Below are positions 20,191 to 32,338 of a DNA stretch of 64,000 nt, piece by piece. The notes beneath the pieces are model-generated. The model saw only the letters and a program-made list of their open reading frames with translations, had not been told where the DNA came from and ran no database searches. The DNA is from Leucoraja erinacea (Eukaryota). The stretch covers positions 28,830,001 to 28,894,000 of the forward strand of contig NC_073387.1 in assembly GCF_028641065.1 (NCBI RefSeq), in the 5' to 3' direction. The translations under genes were made by a program, and so were the position numbers. Within the stretch, counting starts at the first letter, position 1, and the number at the start of each line of letters is the position of its first letter.

Positions 20191-21507
20191 ATGGGGAATG
20201 TCTCAGAGAAGGACCGATCAAATAGGTCAGGAAGCCCGATAAGGATAATTTGTGAGAAGCTTCCACATGAAGCAGACAAACTAAGAGGATTATCTGGATA
20301 ATTAAATGCAGTTTTGAAGAGCGAACATTGGCCATTGGGTGGACTAAAATCTGTAATAGGAATAAATTACATAGAAATGATTGTCAAAAAATATGGAAAT
20401 AGTGAAGAAGGAAATGAGCTAATTGGAATATGGAGAATGTTCTTTACTAGAAGGAAAATAAATAAAGAGATTGTTTTGCTGTCCACCTTTAGAATGGCAG
20501 CATATAAATTAGGGATTAGAGGGGAACACGAGAGAACTGATCCTTCTCGCGACATTCCAGAACAGGGACAGGAAGAACTAGTAAGCCAACAGCAGGAGCA
20601 GGAGCAGGAGATTATACCATCTTCTAAAAGGGAAACTACTGAAAAGGCTCTTAAAGGGGAGGTGCCAACAAAAATTAAATTCATTAAATTTGGTAAGAGT
20701 GCAGCAGTATCTGTAGGCCTCGAAGGGAGAGAGGCTCACTATATACCAGGGTGGGCAGAATTTTTTGGAGTAGAGCCACAGCATTCCTCACAGCACTCTC
20801 ATGTTCCCAGTTCAGAGACACCATGTGCAGCTTGCGAGCAGGGCACATGGGAGGAGTCAGCGTTATCTTCAGCTCCTCCCACTAAATTCAAATCTGAAGT
20901 GTATAAACTGGGGAAGGATCCTCTAGCTCCTATGATTGCTCCACCAGTGGAGGACAGTAAGGGAGATCAAGGAGCTAGAAGAAAGGTTCCATCAACATGG
21001 GTGCCTAAATTAATTAGAAAATCTACTAGTGGGAAAATGAAGGAATCCTTCCTGAGGTACAGAGATAGAACAAATAGCTTTTCTGAGGGTGAGATAGGAG
21101 GAGGATATAGAGGGATTGATCCGGACACTGATAATATTATTATGTCGGAGCAATTCCCTGACGATGGGGGCTTAGAACGGATTCCCCGTAGACCGTTTGT
21201 TTGTAGGGAGATACCTACTCCACCTTTGGTATTAAATGTCCCCCTGACCACAGAGGTTCAGACTTTAATGCAGTCTGATCCAGCGGCAGCTCAGAGATCT
21301 ATATTAAAGATTCAAAAAAGGGAAAAAAGGATGGAGGAATACAAGGAGGAGGAAGATCTCAAAGCTTGGATAGATCTCCCATTCCGAGAACCGACTTTTC
21401 CTCGGTTTGGCTGGAGAGGTTATAGAGCGGTCCGGCCCGATCAGTGCTACAACTGTGGGGGATGGGGACATTGTAGTCGGTCGTGTCCTGTGAGGGAGTA
21501 CTATTGA
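20191..21507 (+). pseudogene. gag: Retroviral gag-like ORF with one premature stop (TAA 20299-20301)
   Basis: Starts MGNVSEK (Met-Gly). Matrix-like WPLGG motif, Pro-rich middle, C-terminal CX2CX4HX4C knuckle CYNCGGWGHCSRSC. ATG 20191 is in frame with track ORF 20314-21507. Confidence 0.75.
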
Positions 21508-22282
21508 GAAGGAAGGGGGCAAAGAAGAGGGCCATGGGCTTTCAGAAACCAGTGGATTCTGAGAGGTTACCGGGACTCTTGGGACCCCGTGGCCCTCTTC
21601 TGGCAAGGAGATCAGGGGGCAGGGACATTTTGGCAATCAAACCCATTTTGGTAGCCCTAACCTGCCGGTTAATACCCCCTATTAAATTTGAAGGCGTCCT
21701 CACATGGCCTGAGAAACAGTATTATAAACCAGAAAGGACATCACCCCTTCCAAATTCTAGGAGGAGACACAAGAATCTAATTCTCGAGAAACCCTCACTG
21801 AAAGGAAGAAGTAAGAAAGGGAAACATAGTAGCTGGCGTGAGAAGGAATGGTAACTAAGGAATGGAAATGGCACTAGGGAGAAGAAACAAACTTATTGTG
21901 CAGGAGGTACGGGAGTGGGGAAAGAAGTTATTATGCTAATGTGTTACTGAGGTTATGCCTGCAGGACAGTATATCGACAACATACTATCCTGGGGAGTGA
22001 GGTAAAGAATATACAGACCCCTTGAGAACGGGCAGAAGACAGCAAAGGTAATGTAGCTCCCCAGAAACAGGAATCAACTAGCAGGAGGAAATTATACTGT
22101 CCTGCCTCTTTAAGACAAATTTGAGAAGGCCAACAGACAGAGAAAGCTGCTCCTCAGTATCCCTACTCCCTTTAAACTGACATCAGAAACGAAGAAGAAG
22201 ACCTACCTTAGTGCCCAACTTTAACTTCATCTAGCTTTTGAAGCTAGAAAAGGAAGGAAAGTAAGGACACTATCTAATTGGT

Positions 22283-23210
22283 GGGGGCGCTGCAATGGTG
22301 GCAGCCCTGTCAGCAGCGCGTTAGTTAATTTCAACTTTTTTTTTTTTTTTAGTATGTTTTAAAGTATGTTTTTAATGTTTCTTTGTGTGTTTTGTGTTGG
22401 AGGTAGTGTGGGGGGTGAGGGGGAAACCGTTTTGGTCGCCTCCTCCAAGGAGAGGCAACTTTTTCCAGGTCGCCTCCCCCGAGGCCTAACAGCGAGGATC
22501 GGCACGGCCTTTCCCAGAGACGCGCCCGGGGCTCAGGGCTCCGGCGGTGGGTGCAGCATGTACTGTCAATGCGGAGCGGGCAAGCCCTCGCTGGGGCTCG
22601 CTGGAGGGGAGCGCTCCATTTTGCTGGCCCACAGCAGCCGGCAGCCTGAAGCCGCGGTCTGCACAGCTCCAGCTGGCACGGCGTCTACAGCCCGGGATCC
22701 CTCGGGGGGGGGGACCCGGGGTAAGAAGAAGCTTCCACCGCCAGCCCGTGGCCGTCTTCTACCGCGGGCGCGGTATGGACTTAACATCACCCTGGAGGGG
22801 AGCTTCGACTGCCGGCCCTGTGGTCTGCGGTGCTTCTGGCTGCGGTGTGGAGGGAACTTTAAATCTTCGGCTGCCGGCCTGCGGCCTACACCAACTTAAA
22901 GCCGCGGTCTGCGGTGGGGGAAGAGCCGACTCTGGACTTACCTGGACTCGTACCTTGTCCTTACCATCCAGACGCCCGCAGCGGCGGCTGCGGAGGGTTG
23001 AGGTCCCGACCACGGGGGAAAATGGAGGAGGACTGGCCAAATTGTGTGCCTTCCACCACAGTCATGAATGCTGTGGTGGATGTTTATGTTAAATTTTTAT
23101 TGTGTTTTTGTGTGTGCTCTTCATCATTTTATCGCTGCTGACATATCCATTTCACTTGCACTTTTTGTGCAATGTGACAAATAAACCGTATTGTATTGTA
23201 TTGTATTGTA
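22283..23210 (+). mobile_element. GC-rich non-autonomous retroposon with Rex-type 3' tail, inserted in the ERV-like element
   Basis: GC/CpG-rich body, 10-bp stem hairpin at 23052-23080, AATAAA and (TATTG)n tail. Same architecture as 48424-49392. Confidence 0.65.
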
Positions 23211-23396
23211 ATCGTCCCTAAAGAAACAACACCGACAACCTATAACAGCTATTGGGACAAGCTCTTTAAATAACTGAATTTGAAAAAATATTCCTCTGTG
23301 GTTTGGGGTAAAATACCTAATTTATGTCTAAATTATGATTATTAGAGATAAATTGATAACATTTTGGATTTGGTCTCGAAATTGTATGGTAATGAA

Positions 23397-24050
23397 TTGG
23401 AGGGACTCTAAATGTTGAGATTTGGAACAGACGTGGAATTTGGCTTAGGAATATTTGGAGTTTGATTATTAATTTATATTGTTATTGTCTCATCCCCAGA
23501 CAGGCAGCCAAAGATGGGAAGGATTATTCAGAGAACATCAGGAAGAATGGAACTTGGGAAGATCTGGTAACATGGAAATTATTCAGGAAATATGAGAGTT
23601 GGAATTAAAGTTGGAATTAAAGTTGGAATTAAAGTTGGAATTAAAGTTGGAGGGACTCTAAATGTTGAGTCAATTTGGAACAGACGTGGAATTTGCCTTA
23701 GGAATATTTTGAGTTTGATTATTAATTTTTATATTGTTATTGTCTCATCCCCAGACAGGCAGCCAAAGATGGGAAGGATTATTCAGAGAACATCAGGAAG
23801 AATGGAACTTGGGAAGATCTGGTAACATGGATCTAAATTATTCAGGAAATATGAGAGTTGGAATTAAAGTTGGAATTAAAGTTGGAATTAAAGTTGGAAT
23901 TAAAGTTGGAATTAAAGTTGGAATTAAAGTTGGAATTAAAGTTGGAATTAAAGTTGGGATTAAAGTTGGGATTAAAGTTGGGATTAAAGTTGGGATTGGA
24001 GTTGGGATTGGAGTTGGGATTGGAGTTGGGATTGGAGTTGGGATTGGAAG
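23397..24050 (+). repeat. About 250-bp tandem duplication ending in 12-bp minisatellites
   Basis: TTGGAGGGACTCTAAATGTTGAG... at 23397 and 23647. GTTGGAATTAAA arrays at 23597-23650 and 23857-24050. Confidence 0.9.
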
Positions 24051-25172
24051 TGGTCAAAAAGGGACTGTGAGCAGCAGGACTTCCCTTTAAGAGATCAGAC
24101 TAGAAATTACCCAATAGTTAAGAACTAATATAAGGGAGAATCTCTAGACTGAGAGCGGAGCCAACATAGTAAGGAGCCAACATAGTAAGAAAGAGGTACT
24201 GGAGGAAAGACCTAGTGAATAAGAGGGAGAAAACTCGAATGGGTGTAGGAATGGCAGAACGGATGCATATTTAACCAATGGATCTAAATTGTTTAACCCT
24301 AGATGGTAAAGTGGCTTCTATTATCAAGGTGGAATGAAATTGTCCCTGGATTCAGCATTCTTAATTGGATTTATGATGAAATTGTCAGCATATGGAAATT
24401 GATTGTTTAAATTTGAACAGCAAGGAATTCCACAGGAATTGGAATGGAATTGTGTCATCGGCCACAAGGCTGTGGAATGAGAAGGGTGAGATGGAATCCT
24501 GAAATTTAAATTGTAAATTGAAGGCTGAGACTAAATTTGGTTAAATTGGAACATTTATCATGGTTTGCTTTAAATTAGAGTCACGCCTGTAGGGAAATCT
24601 GGACTGAAACCAGCTGGAATTTATATGAGAACCCATCATCAGATATACATATTATAACATTGTGTGAATATGGAGAGGGCTGAATAGTGTTGATCCTAAG
24701 GTAGTATATTAGGGATTTGGGCCATTCGGTTAATTTGAAAGTGCTCTCTGTAGAACTGGGACAAGTAGCAGAGTGGTGCCAGTTTGCCTAGAGCCTAGGT
24801 CCAAGTTACAGGAAGAGAATGGGAACATCTGCAGACCCTGACAATTAGGTGCAAAATGCATAGATTGGATTGAACAAATGCAAACCAGACATACACTTTG
24901 TAAATAATTGTAAATAATGTTGCAAAGCTTTACTTTACTGAAGAAGGGTCTTGACTCGAAAAGTCACCCATTCCTTCTCACCAGAGATGCTGCCTGTCCC
25001 TCTGTGTTTTTGAGTCTATACTCCAGGTTTTTGAGTTCCTTCTTACACATCCCTTCACCTCATTCATTGGGTTCCACATAAATGTTATTGGCTACACTTT
25101 ATGAAGGTATGCCTTGTCTCCAAGTGGCTTATCAGTAAGTATGATTTAAGGGGAGGAGTCATAGGAGGAAAA

Positions 25173-25560
25173 TGTTATGGCAGCCACCCCGAATTCCTGT
25201 ACAGGAGAATTCAAGGTAATTGTCTACTGTGACAAACAAGCCATATGGTGCCTGGGACAGATAGGGTAATCAAAATCAGAACTTGAAAATGTTCTAGGCT
25301 GAACTCTGGAAGGTTCAAAAGGTAAAGAAATTGAGGGTGGTGGTGACTGCCACCATTATTACAAAATGTTGCCACCATATCCTCCTGACAGCATGAATCA
25401 TGCCAGCAAGTGTCTTTTAGACTTGAGCCTATTAAGGCACAGGTGATCTGACAAACCCTTTCTCTGTATGTCCAACTTGGGAATTTGATCTCCTGAGAAC
25501 TGCTTTTCTCTGATATTCTCTCTCCTGTGGAACAGCAGAGACCACGACTGGTTTACCGCG
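25173..25560 (+). repeat. Putative LTR
   Basis: TG start directly after a polypurine tract. TATA-like CCTATTAAGG near 25428, followed by a CT-rich segment. 3' end not defined. Confidence 0.4.
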
Positions 25561-25921
25561 AGCAGGCAAATCTATATTAGAATTGTTGTTTCTCCCTGTG
25601 GATTCTGTTTGACTTGCTGCGTATTTTCAACATAATGTGTTTCTTGTCAGATTTCCAACTGTTGCAGTATGGATCCAGCTGCCCTCAAGAATGCTTCTAG
25701 ATAAATTCTCCTCTAACTTTACACCTAAAGTATATTTGACACCTGCCATTTGTCCAATGGATGGAAAATAAATTGAAAATAAGTTGAAATTAGAAATGAT
25801 AATGCTAAAATCTGGTAATCTTCAGCATGAAAATGGCACTTGAACATCCAATATTTGTAAACAAATCTCATTAAAAATATAGTATCATTAATAGTTTTAT
25901 TAATGTTATTTTTTGGCTTAT

Positions 25922-26964
25922 AGTAGGTATGTTGCAAAACCTACCTGAATCGTCGTTGAGAATCTGCCCCAGGCCGTGTGCGCAATTTTGGCGCTGTTTA
26001 GAGGGGGCAGGTTTAAAATGCGATTTTTACTAGGCTGTTGCAATCGAAAATGTTCAGCCTAGTAAATCATTAACGAAAAATCGCTGAAAGACCCCGTCGA
26101 AAAAGGTATTATTAGTTTTTATGGCCTTGTATAATAGTTATAATAGTTTAAAAATCACTCTCTAAACCCGCGACCTCTCGCAACCCCAGGGTTTTATAAA
26201 GCAAACAATTAAAGGTATGTACCTTATTTTTACATTAAAAGGGGCTTCTTAAGAACCCTGTATATAAAGTTTTCTATAGCGAATAGTTCATTTTGGGCTC
26301 TTTATATCCCGCAGTACTTTTCTGGGCATTTGAGGCACAAATCCAGCGCAATGTGAACGTTCTAAACCAGCGCGTTCACGGGATCCCACTAGAAAGCTGA
26401 TTTAAAATGGACTTTAATTTACAGCAATTGAACACTAAATTCCTTCCATTTGGCCTATAAATTAATGTAAATGAGATTTTAAAATCATGTTTTATTGTGA
26501 ATTATTTATGAATATTATTTGGACACTTGGGCTATTTAAAAACGTTAATCATTTATTAAGAAATGGATAGATGTTTGGATCTAGTAATTGAAGTTTGAAA
26601 TTAGCTACACTTGGGTAACTAACTAATTATATGCTTTAATTTCAGGTCATCCAAGTTAGATTATTTTATGTTTGTTTCAGAATGGTTCAATCTACGATAA
26701 CTGAAAATTTCATTCAGTTCTCTTAATTTTTAAGAAGGTTATGGCCTTTTGACAGCACACGATCACAGCTTTTTTGTTATGTCCATAGAAAATCAATAGG
26801 GAACAAGATGCTAATTTCCGAATATGAAAATGGCCATAACTTTTTAAATACTTGAGATATGAAAGTGAATTAGGTGTCAAATTAAACTTCTTTTTATGCT
26901 TTATCTGATGGGATAAATTACAGACTTGATTTTTTAAATCTCAAAATTTTGTAACATTGCTACT
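25922..26964. mobile_element. About 1-kb non-autonomous DNA transposon
   Basis: Imperfect TIRs AGTAGGTATGTTGCAAAA and TTTTGTAACATTGCTACT. Right half is homologous to 49720-50525. Confidence 0.7.
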
Positions 26965-28929
26965 CATAGGATATGTGTTTAGATAATTCGAGTTTGTTGC
27001 CATGTGCACAAGTTTGGTGAGGTACAGGTATAATGAAAACCTTACTTGAAGCAGCATCACAGGCAGATAGACCCAGTCAACACACACAAACATAAATTAT
27101 ACATAAAGTTCACATAAATTATACAAGTAAAAAAAACCTTGCAAAAACAAGACATTCAGACAAACAAGACAATTCACTATTATCATTTGTTGAGAGCGCT
27201 TTGTGTTAACCTACGATCTTCATATGTCTAGGAAGATAACTTGACTGGATCCAAAGTCTCTGCAAATGTTGTTTTCAAACAAGAATATAAAAAGTCCAGA
27301 AGAAAAGAAAATACAAATTGTAAAATTAATTATGAAATGGCTGAAAACATAATCAACTCGAAACATTCCATGTGGAAATTTCTTAGAAATTTTCTTTCAA
27401 GTCTAGCAAAGATCTTACATACAGATTTATGTTATGAGGGTTGTATTCCAGCTACCTTAGTTAATCTTCTGTATCGAAATTAAAGATGTTGTCGAACAAT
27501 GGAGGAATTGAGGTTTGGGGTGGATCAGTCATGATTATATTGAATGGTGATACGGGCTTGTAGAGACAACTGATCCACTCTTGTTCCTCTTTTCTTGTGT
27601 TCTTTCATGTGATATAGCTTATTAACAAGCAGCTAACCTGTTACCCGTAGTCCATTGACAGTAGTCCATTATTCATTTTAATGGCAAAGTAATTAGTCAT
27701 TCCTATCTGTAGGCCATGCACCATATGCCATGATTACATGTTACTTGACTTTTTTCACCCAAAAGTTTTGAATTTCCACTTAAGAATTAAGGTTAGAACC
27801 ATCTTTTATAGTATCTATTCTGAGTTCCTGTTGGCTAGCTGAAAAAAATATAACATATTGCCCAAGCATTTGTGCTATTTGATGTGGTTTTAACAGCATA
27901 ATCTTGATGAAATTGACCAAAACATCACATGGAATGTTAAGGGAGATCTTGTAAAATGTGTAATCATTTATTCCAAAACATTATGCCCAAAAGTTGCCCT
28001 GGCAATGAATTTACCTGCTGCTTCAGGTCCAAAAAAGACATATTTCTACCAATTGAGCCCATTATCCAAAATGTGTTTTTTAAATCTAAGCTTTCTCTCT
28101 AAGCAATGTGGGTAAGTTTAAATATATATATATATTAATAGCAAACTTAAAAAATAGATATATAGTTGTAATTTACATTTTTGAAGCAACTTAAAACAAG
28201 ATTAGACAAATGACAACATCAAAAATGATTATATTCGTAATTAACTCAACTTCACTTAGGTTAATAATATTGCAACAGACACATTGATATGCCCTTCCTC
28301 TTTTTATCCTGTCTAGTTGCATTTTCCCTTGTGGGATGCACCTCACTGCTCATCTGCTGATGTAAAGAAAAAAAAACTGTTATGTTCCATTACATTAATC
28401 AATTGTGCTGGTTCAAGAAACATCTATATAATTAAAAGTCTCATCTTGACCACTTCCTGGCTGTGTTGTATATTGATTTTAGAAAAAAACGCTGCCATAT
28501 ATCGCTATGATATTTTTCCATCTTACTCACAGTCCTCCTCCGTTGAGCAGGCCCCGAGAAGGAGAATACAAGGTCAATACAAGGACAAAGTAGCACATCC
28601 ACCAACCTAACCATTCTTTGGCTCCACCATCAAAGAACCATGTCTACAGCGCATCCTGTAGTTAAGCCCCTATTTGCACTATGGCAATTTCTTGAGGTTT
28701 TCTTTTTTTACTGGTGACTACAATGTTTACACCACATATTCTGTTGGGCTGTCACCAAGTATGGTGAGTATTGTCCCATCAGGTTGTCCAAAGTAAACAT
28801 AGTGACTTTTTCTTGGTAACTCTCCCCATGTATTTTCCAAAAATTTTCAGAAAGCTTTTCGGCGACAGTCCACCAACCTGATTCTTTGCTCCACCATCAA
28901 AGAACCTGTCTTCTCCTACAAAAAGTAGA

Positions 28930-29723
28930 GCCCCTGTCCCACTTAGGCGGGTTGTCGCCTGGGATAGGCTGTGGCCAATGGTTGCCGGGGTGTCACCTGT
29001 ATGGTGAGTAGTCTCCTCAGCCGTCCAAAGAATTGTAGCGCTTTTCTAATCGTCGCTGTATTTTGAAACGTTCAAATATTTTCAGAAAATCTCCTGAAGT
29101 AGATGCTGTCATGGGTTGTCGCCAGGATGATGGAGAAGTCCATGGAATTCTCTGCCACAGAAGGTAGTTGAGGCCAGTTCATTGGCTATATTTAAGAGGG
29201 AGCTAGATGTGGCCCTTGTGGATAAAGGGATCAGGGGGTATGGAGAGAAGGCAGGTGCAGGATACTGAGTTGGATGATCAGCCATGATCATATTGAATGG
29301 CTGTGCAGGCTCGAAAGACCTCCTGCACCTATTTTCTATGTTTCTATGTAGGTTGTCGCCAGGATGGCCTAGGTTGTCGCCGGTGCTGACTTTGGTAAAT
29401 TCCATTGGCGACTACCTACGTCAAGCTATGTCAACCGGCGACAGGTACCGGCGACTGAATTGTCTTACCTTGTCATTATTTTGTCGTGGGTGGAAGTAGG
29501 TTGTCGTAGATGTGGTCATAGGTGGATGTCCTAATGGGTCACCAGCTGTTGGTAGCTTGCCGTAGCATGACTTCGACTAGGTGGTAGGCTGCTGTAGACA
29601 TTGTCGTAGACATTGACGTAGACATTGTCGTAGGGGGTCCAGTCGCCGGTTGTTCGGCGACTTGCTATGACTATGACCGTCGCCAGCCATCTGCGAAAAT
29701 ATCACCTAAGTGGGACAGGCCCA
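28930..29723. mobile_element. MITE of the CCTGTCCCAC TIR family containing a CR1 insertion
   Basis: Left end CCCCTGTCCCACTTAGG, right end CCTAAGTGGGACAGGCCC. CR1 3' end nested at about 29138-29350. Confidence 0.75.
29138..29350 (+). mobile_element. CR1 3' end
   Basis: Near-identical to 60686-60910, with (TTTCTATG)n tail. Confidence 0.8.
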
Positions 29724-30919
29724 TTCACCAGTATGCCCTAAAGACAAATCGCAAACAACAACTTCTACTACAATGAAGGACTTTAAACACATGGGAACAC
29801 AATATCCTGACATGGAAATATATCACCTTAGTCGCCACTGGGTCTAAGTCCTGGAATTTCCTTTCCATTAATATTATGGGAGTACTTTCATCACAAAGAC
29901 TGCAGCAGTTCAAGAAGACAGCTCACCAACACTTTCAAAAGACTAATTGGCTATGGGCAATAAATGTTGGTTTGCCAGCAATGACCGCATCCTGAAAATA
30001 AATTTTAATGTAATCATGATCTCCACTTGACAACCCAGACCTTCAGATATACAGAAATTCTATCCTTCCTCACTGACATTTTAAGATGCTGCAATAGATG
30101 ACTTGAAAGGAATGAATTATATGCACAGTATGTGGTGTCCTTCTTGAAGACTGTTGACATCACAATGTGATTATGTGACTGGTCACTGCTTCCTCAAGCA
30201 ATATCAATTTCATCTCCGGAGATTAGATTCAAACTCAATTTCTGAACTTAATCTCTGTTGTCCTAAACTCTACCTGTGGGCCAACCAGTTTGGAATACAT
30301 TTTTGTTATCACTCAATTTGGCTGCCACAGATACATCTCAAGTGTGCCACAGATACTTCTATTTTCTGCAAACTATATTATGTTTAAGATCTGCAAACTC
30401 TGCGTTATAATGCTAGGATCTCATGAATTAGAGCTGAATGCAAAATATTATTTCACATGAGAGTTATAAAGAAATATTCTCTTTGAGGTTTATTAGTGTC
30501 CTGTGCTTGGTAATTAACTTTGAGTTATAGATTTATGAACCTCATATGTGAAAATAGATATTGAGTTATTTTCCAGCAATTAATTTTCAATAAGATTGCA
30601 ATAATTATACTAAATTTAATCTTTAATTTGAAATGTCACTAGACATTAACTCAAAGTGTCTAGATTTTGCTAACGGATGAGACATTAACTGTAAAGTCAG
30701 AGAGAGGGTTCAACTTGGTAGCCTTTGATAATAAGCACAGGGATTGTGAACAGGATTAACTCGCATCCTTCCAGTACAATTTCAACCTACTTTGTGTTGT
30801 CTACTTTATGATTGCATCATCCATCCTGTATCAAGGTGCCATTCATCGACTCAATGGGTGACAGCAGGTGTCAAGTTGTGCAAAATTGATACCTTTTAAA
30901 GGTAACTTGAAAAGAAGGT

Positions 30920-31310
30920 TGTGCAGGAAGGAACTGCAGATGCTGGTTTACACCGAAAATGCTGAAGTAACTCAGGCAGCATCTCTGGAGAGATGGAATG
31001 GGTGACATTTTGGGTCAAGACCCTTCTTCAGACTGAGAGCCAGGGGAGAGGGAGAATAGAATTATGGAAAGGTAAGGTGTGAAAACGACAGATCAAAGTA
31101 GACGATGCTCAAGGAAATGTAGAATGGTTCATTGTTCGCTGAGGGGAAGGTGACAACGAGGTATACACTCAGAAAAAATAATCAGGAGGACAGTGAAACT
31201 ATTCTCAGCACTAGGGTGGGGGAGGGGCAAAGAGTGAGGAAAAGCATGGGTTACTTGAAGTTAGAGAAATCAATAATCATCCCGCTGGGTTGTAAGCTGC
31301 CCAAGTGAAA
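30920..31310 (-). mobile_element. PLE 3' terminal fragment
   Basis: GGAAGGAACTGCAGATGCTGG...CCCTTCTTCAGAC..., ending in the GIY-YIG C-terminal remnant (GGTTGTAAGCTGCCCAAG). Confidence 0.75.
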
Positions 31311-31404
31311 AAAGGGTTTTGGCAGGTATGATAAGAATGACACTGCATGGAATGAATGGCTTCCATGGTTTTTAAATGCTTTCCAGATATTAAATGATAT
31401 GGAA

Positions 31405-31668
31405 GATTGACCCGGGTTCAATCATGATTATGGGTGCTGTCTGTATGGATTTTATACATTCTCCCTTCGGTTTTCTCCGGATGCTCCAGTTTCCTCCCAC
31501 ACTCCAAAGACGTACAGGTTTGATGCTTAATTGGCTTCGGTAAAATTGTAAATTGTCATTAGTGTGTAGGATAGTGCAAGTCTACGGGGTGATCGCTGGT
31601 CGGCGCAGATCTGTTGGACCAAAGGCCCCGTTTCCTCGCTGTTTCTCTAAAGTCTAAAGTCTAAAACA
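31405..31668 (+). mobile_element. V-SINE (HE1-like)
   Basis: GACCCGGGTTCAATC, V-domain and (CTAAAGT)n tail. Confidence 0.8.
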
Positions 31669-32022
31669 TCTAAACACAAGTTCAATTGAAATATGAGCTA
31701 TGTGTTTAAAATGTGGAACGACAAAGTCCAGACAAAGCTTGTGATAACATTGGAATTGGCACATTTTACAGAGTAACACATTGCCATTTCATTTAATTAA
31801 GTCTGAAGAAGGGTCCAGACTTGAGACTGGAATTTAGAAGAAATCTGGCAATTCTGTGTTTGTGGCTCGGTCAGTGATTTTGTAGACCAGATGATTAACA
31901 GTGTACTAACGATTGCTCAAACATATATTAAACCAAGGTTTATTGGTTTATAATTTCTCTTGCATGAAATTAAGTGTTCTATGACTTGTGTGTAATTGTT
32001 CCTAACTATTCAAACCAGCCTT

Positions 32023-32338
32023 GTCTGAAGAAGGGTCTCAATCTGTGGAATTCCCTGCCACAGATGGCAGTGGAGGCCAAGCCAATGGATGGATTTAAGA
32101 GAGAGTTAGATAGCACTCTAGGGGGCTAGTGGAATCAAGGGGTATGGGGAGAAGGCAGGCACAGATGATTGATTGGGGACGATCAGCCGTGATCACAATG
32201 AATGGCGGTGTTGACTCGAAGGGCCGAATGGCCTCCTCACCTATTTTCTATGTAACCTGAAACATCACCTATTTCTTCTCTCCAGAGATGCTGCCTGTCC
32301 TATTGCTGAGTTACTCCAGCATTTTGTGTCTATCTTCA
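32023..32338 (+). mobile_element. PLE terminal fragment split by a CR1 3' end (about 32040-32252)
   Basis: GTCTGAAGAAGGGTCTC, then CR1 AATCTGTGGAATTCCCTGCC..CTATTTTCTATG, then ACCTGAAACATCACCTATTTC. Confidence 0.75.

Larger units (their letters stand above)
18900..25560 (+). mobile_element. Degenerate non-autonomous endogenous-retrovirus-like element (leader, gag, non-coding body, putative 3' LTR)
   Basis: Long TG-rich leader with an internal duplication, gag-like ORF, and purine tract AGGGGAGGAG..AGGAGGAAAA followed by TGTTATGG at 25173. No pol/env or 5' LTR recognised. Boundaries approximate. Confidence 0.55.

Noticed and set aside
22937-22946. ACTTACCTGG matching the U1 snRNA 5' end
   Set aside because: The match stops after about 10 nt and no further U1 sequence follows.
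23842-24090. Repetitive ORFs (VGIK)n, (ELKL)n and (NFNS)n
   Set aside because: Translations of a 12-bp minisatellite; no evidence of coding function.
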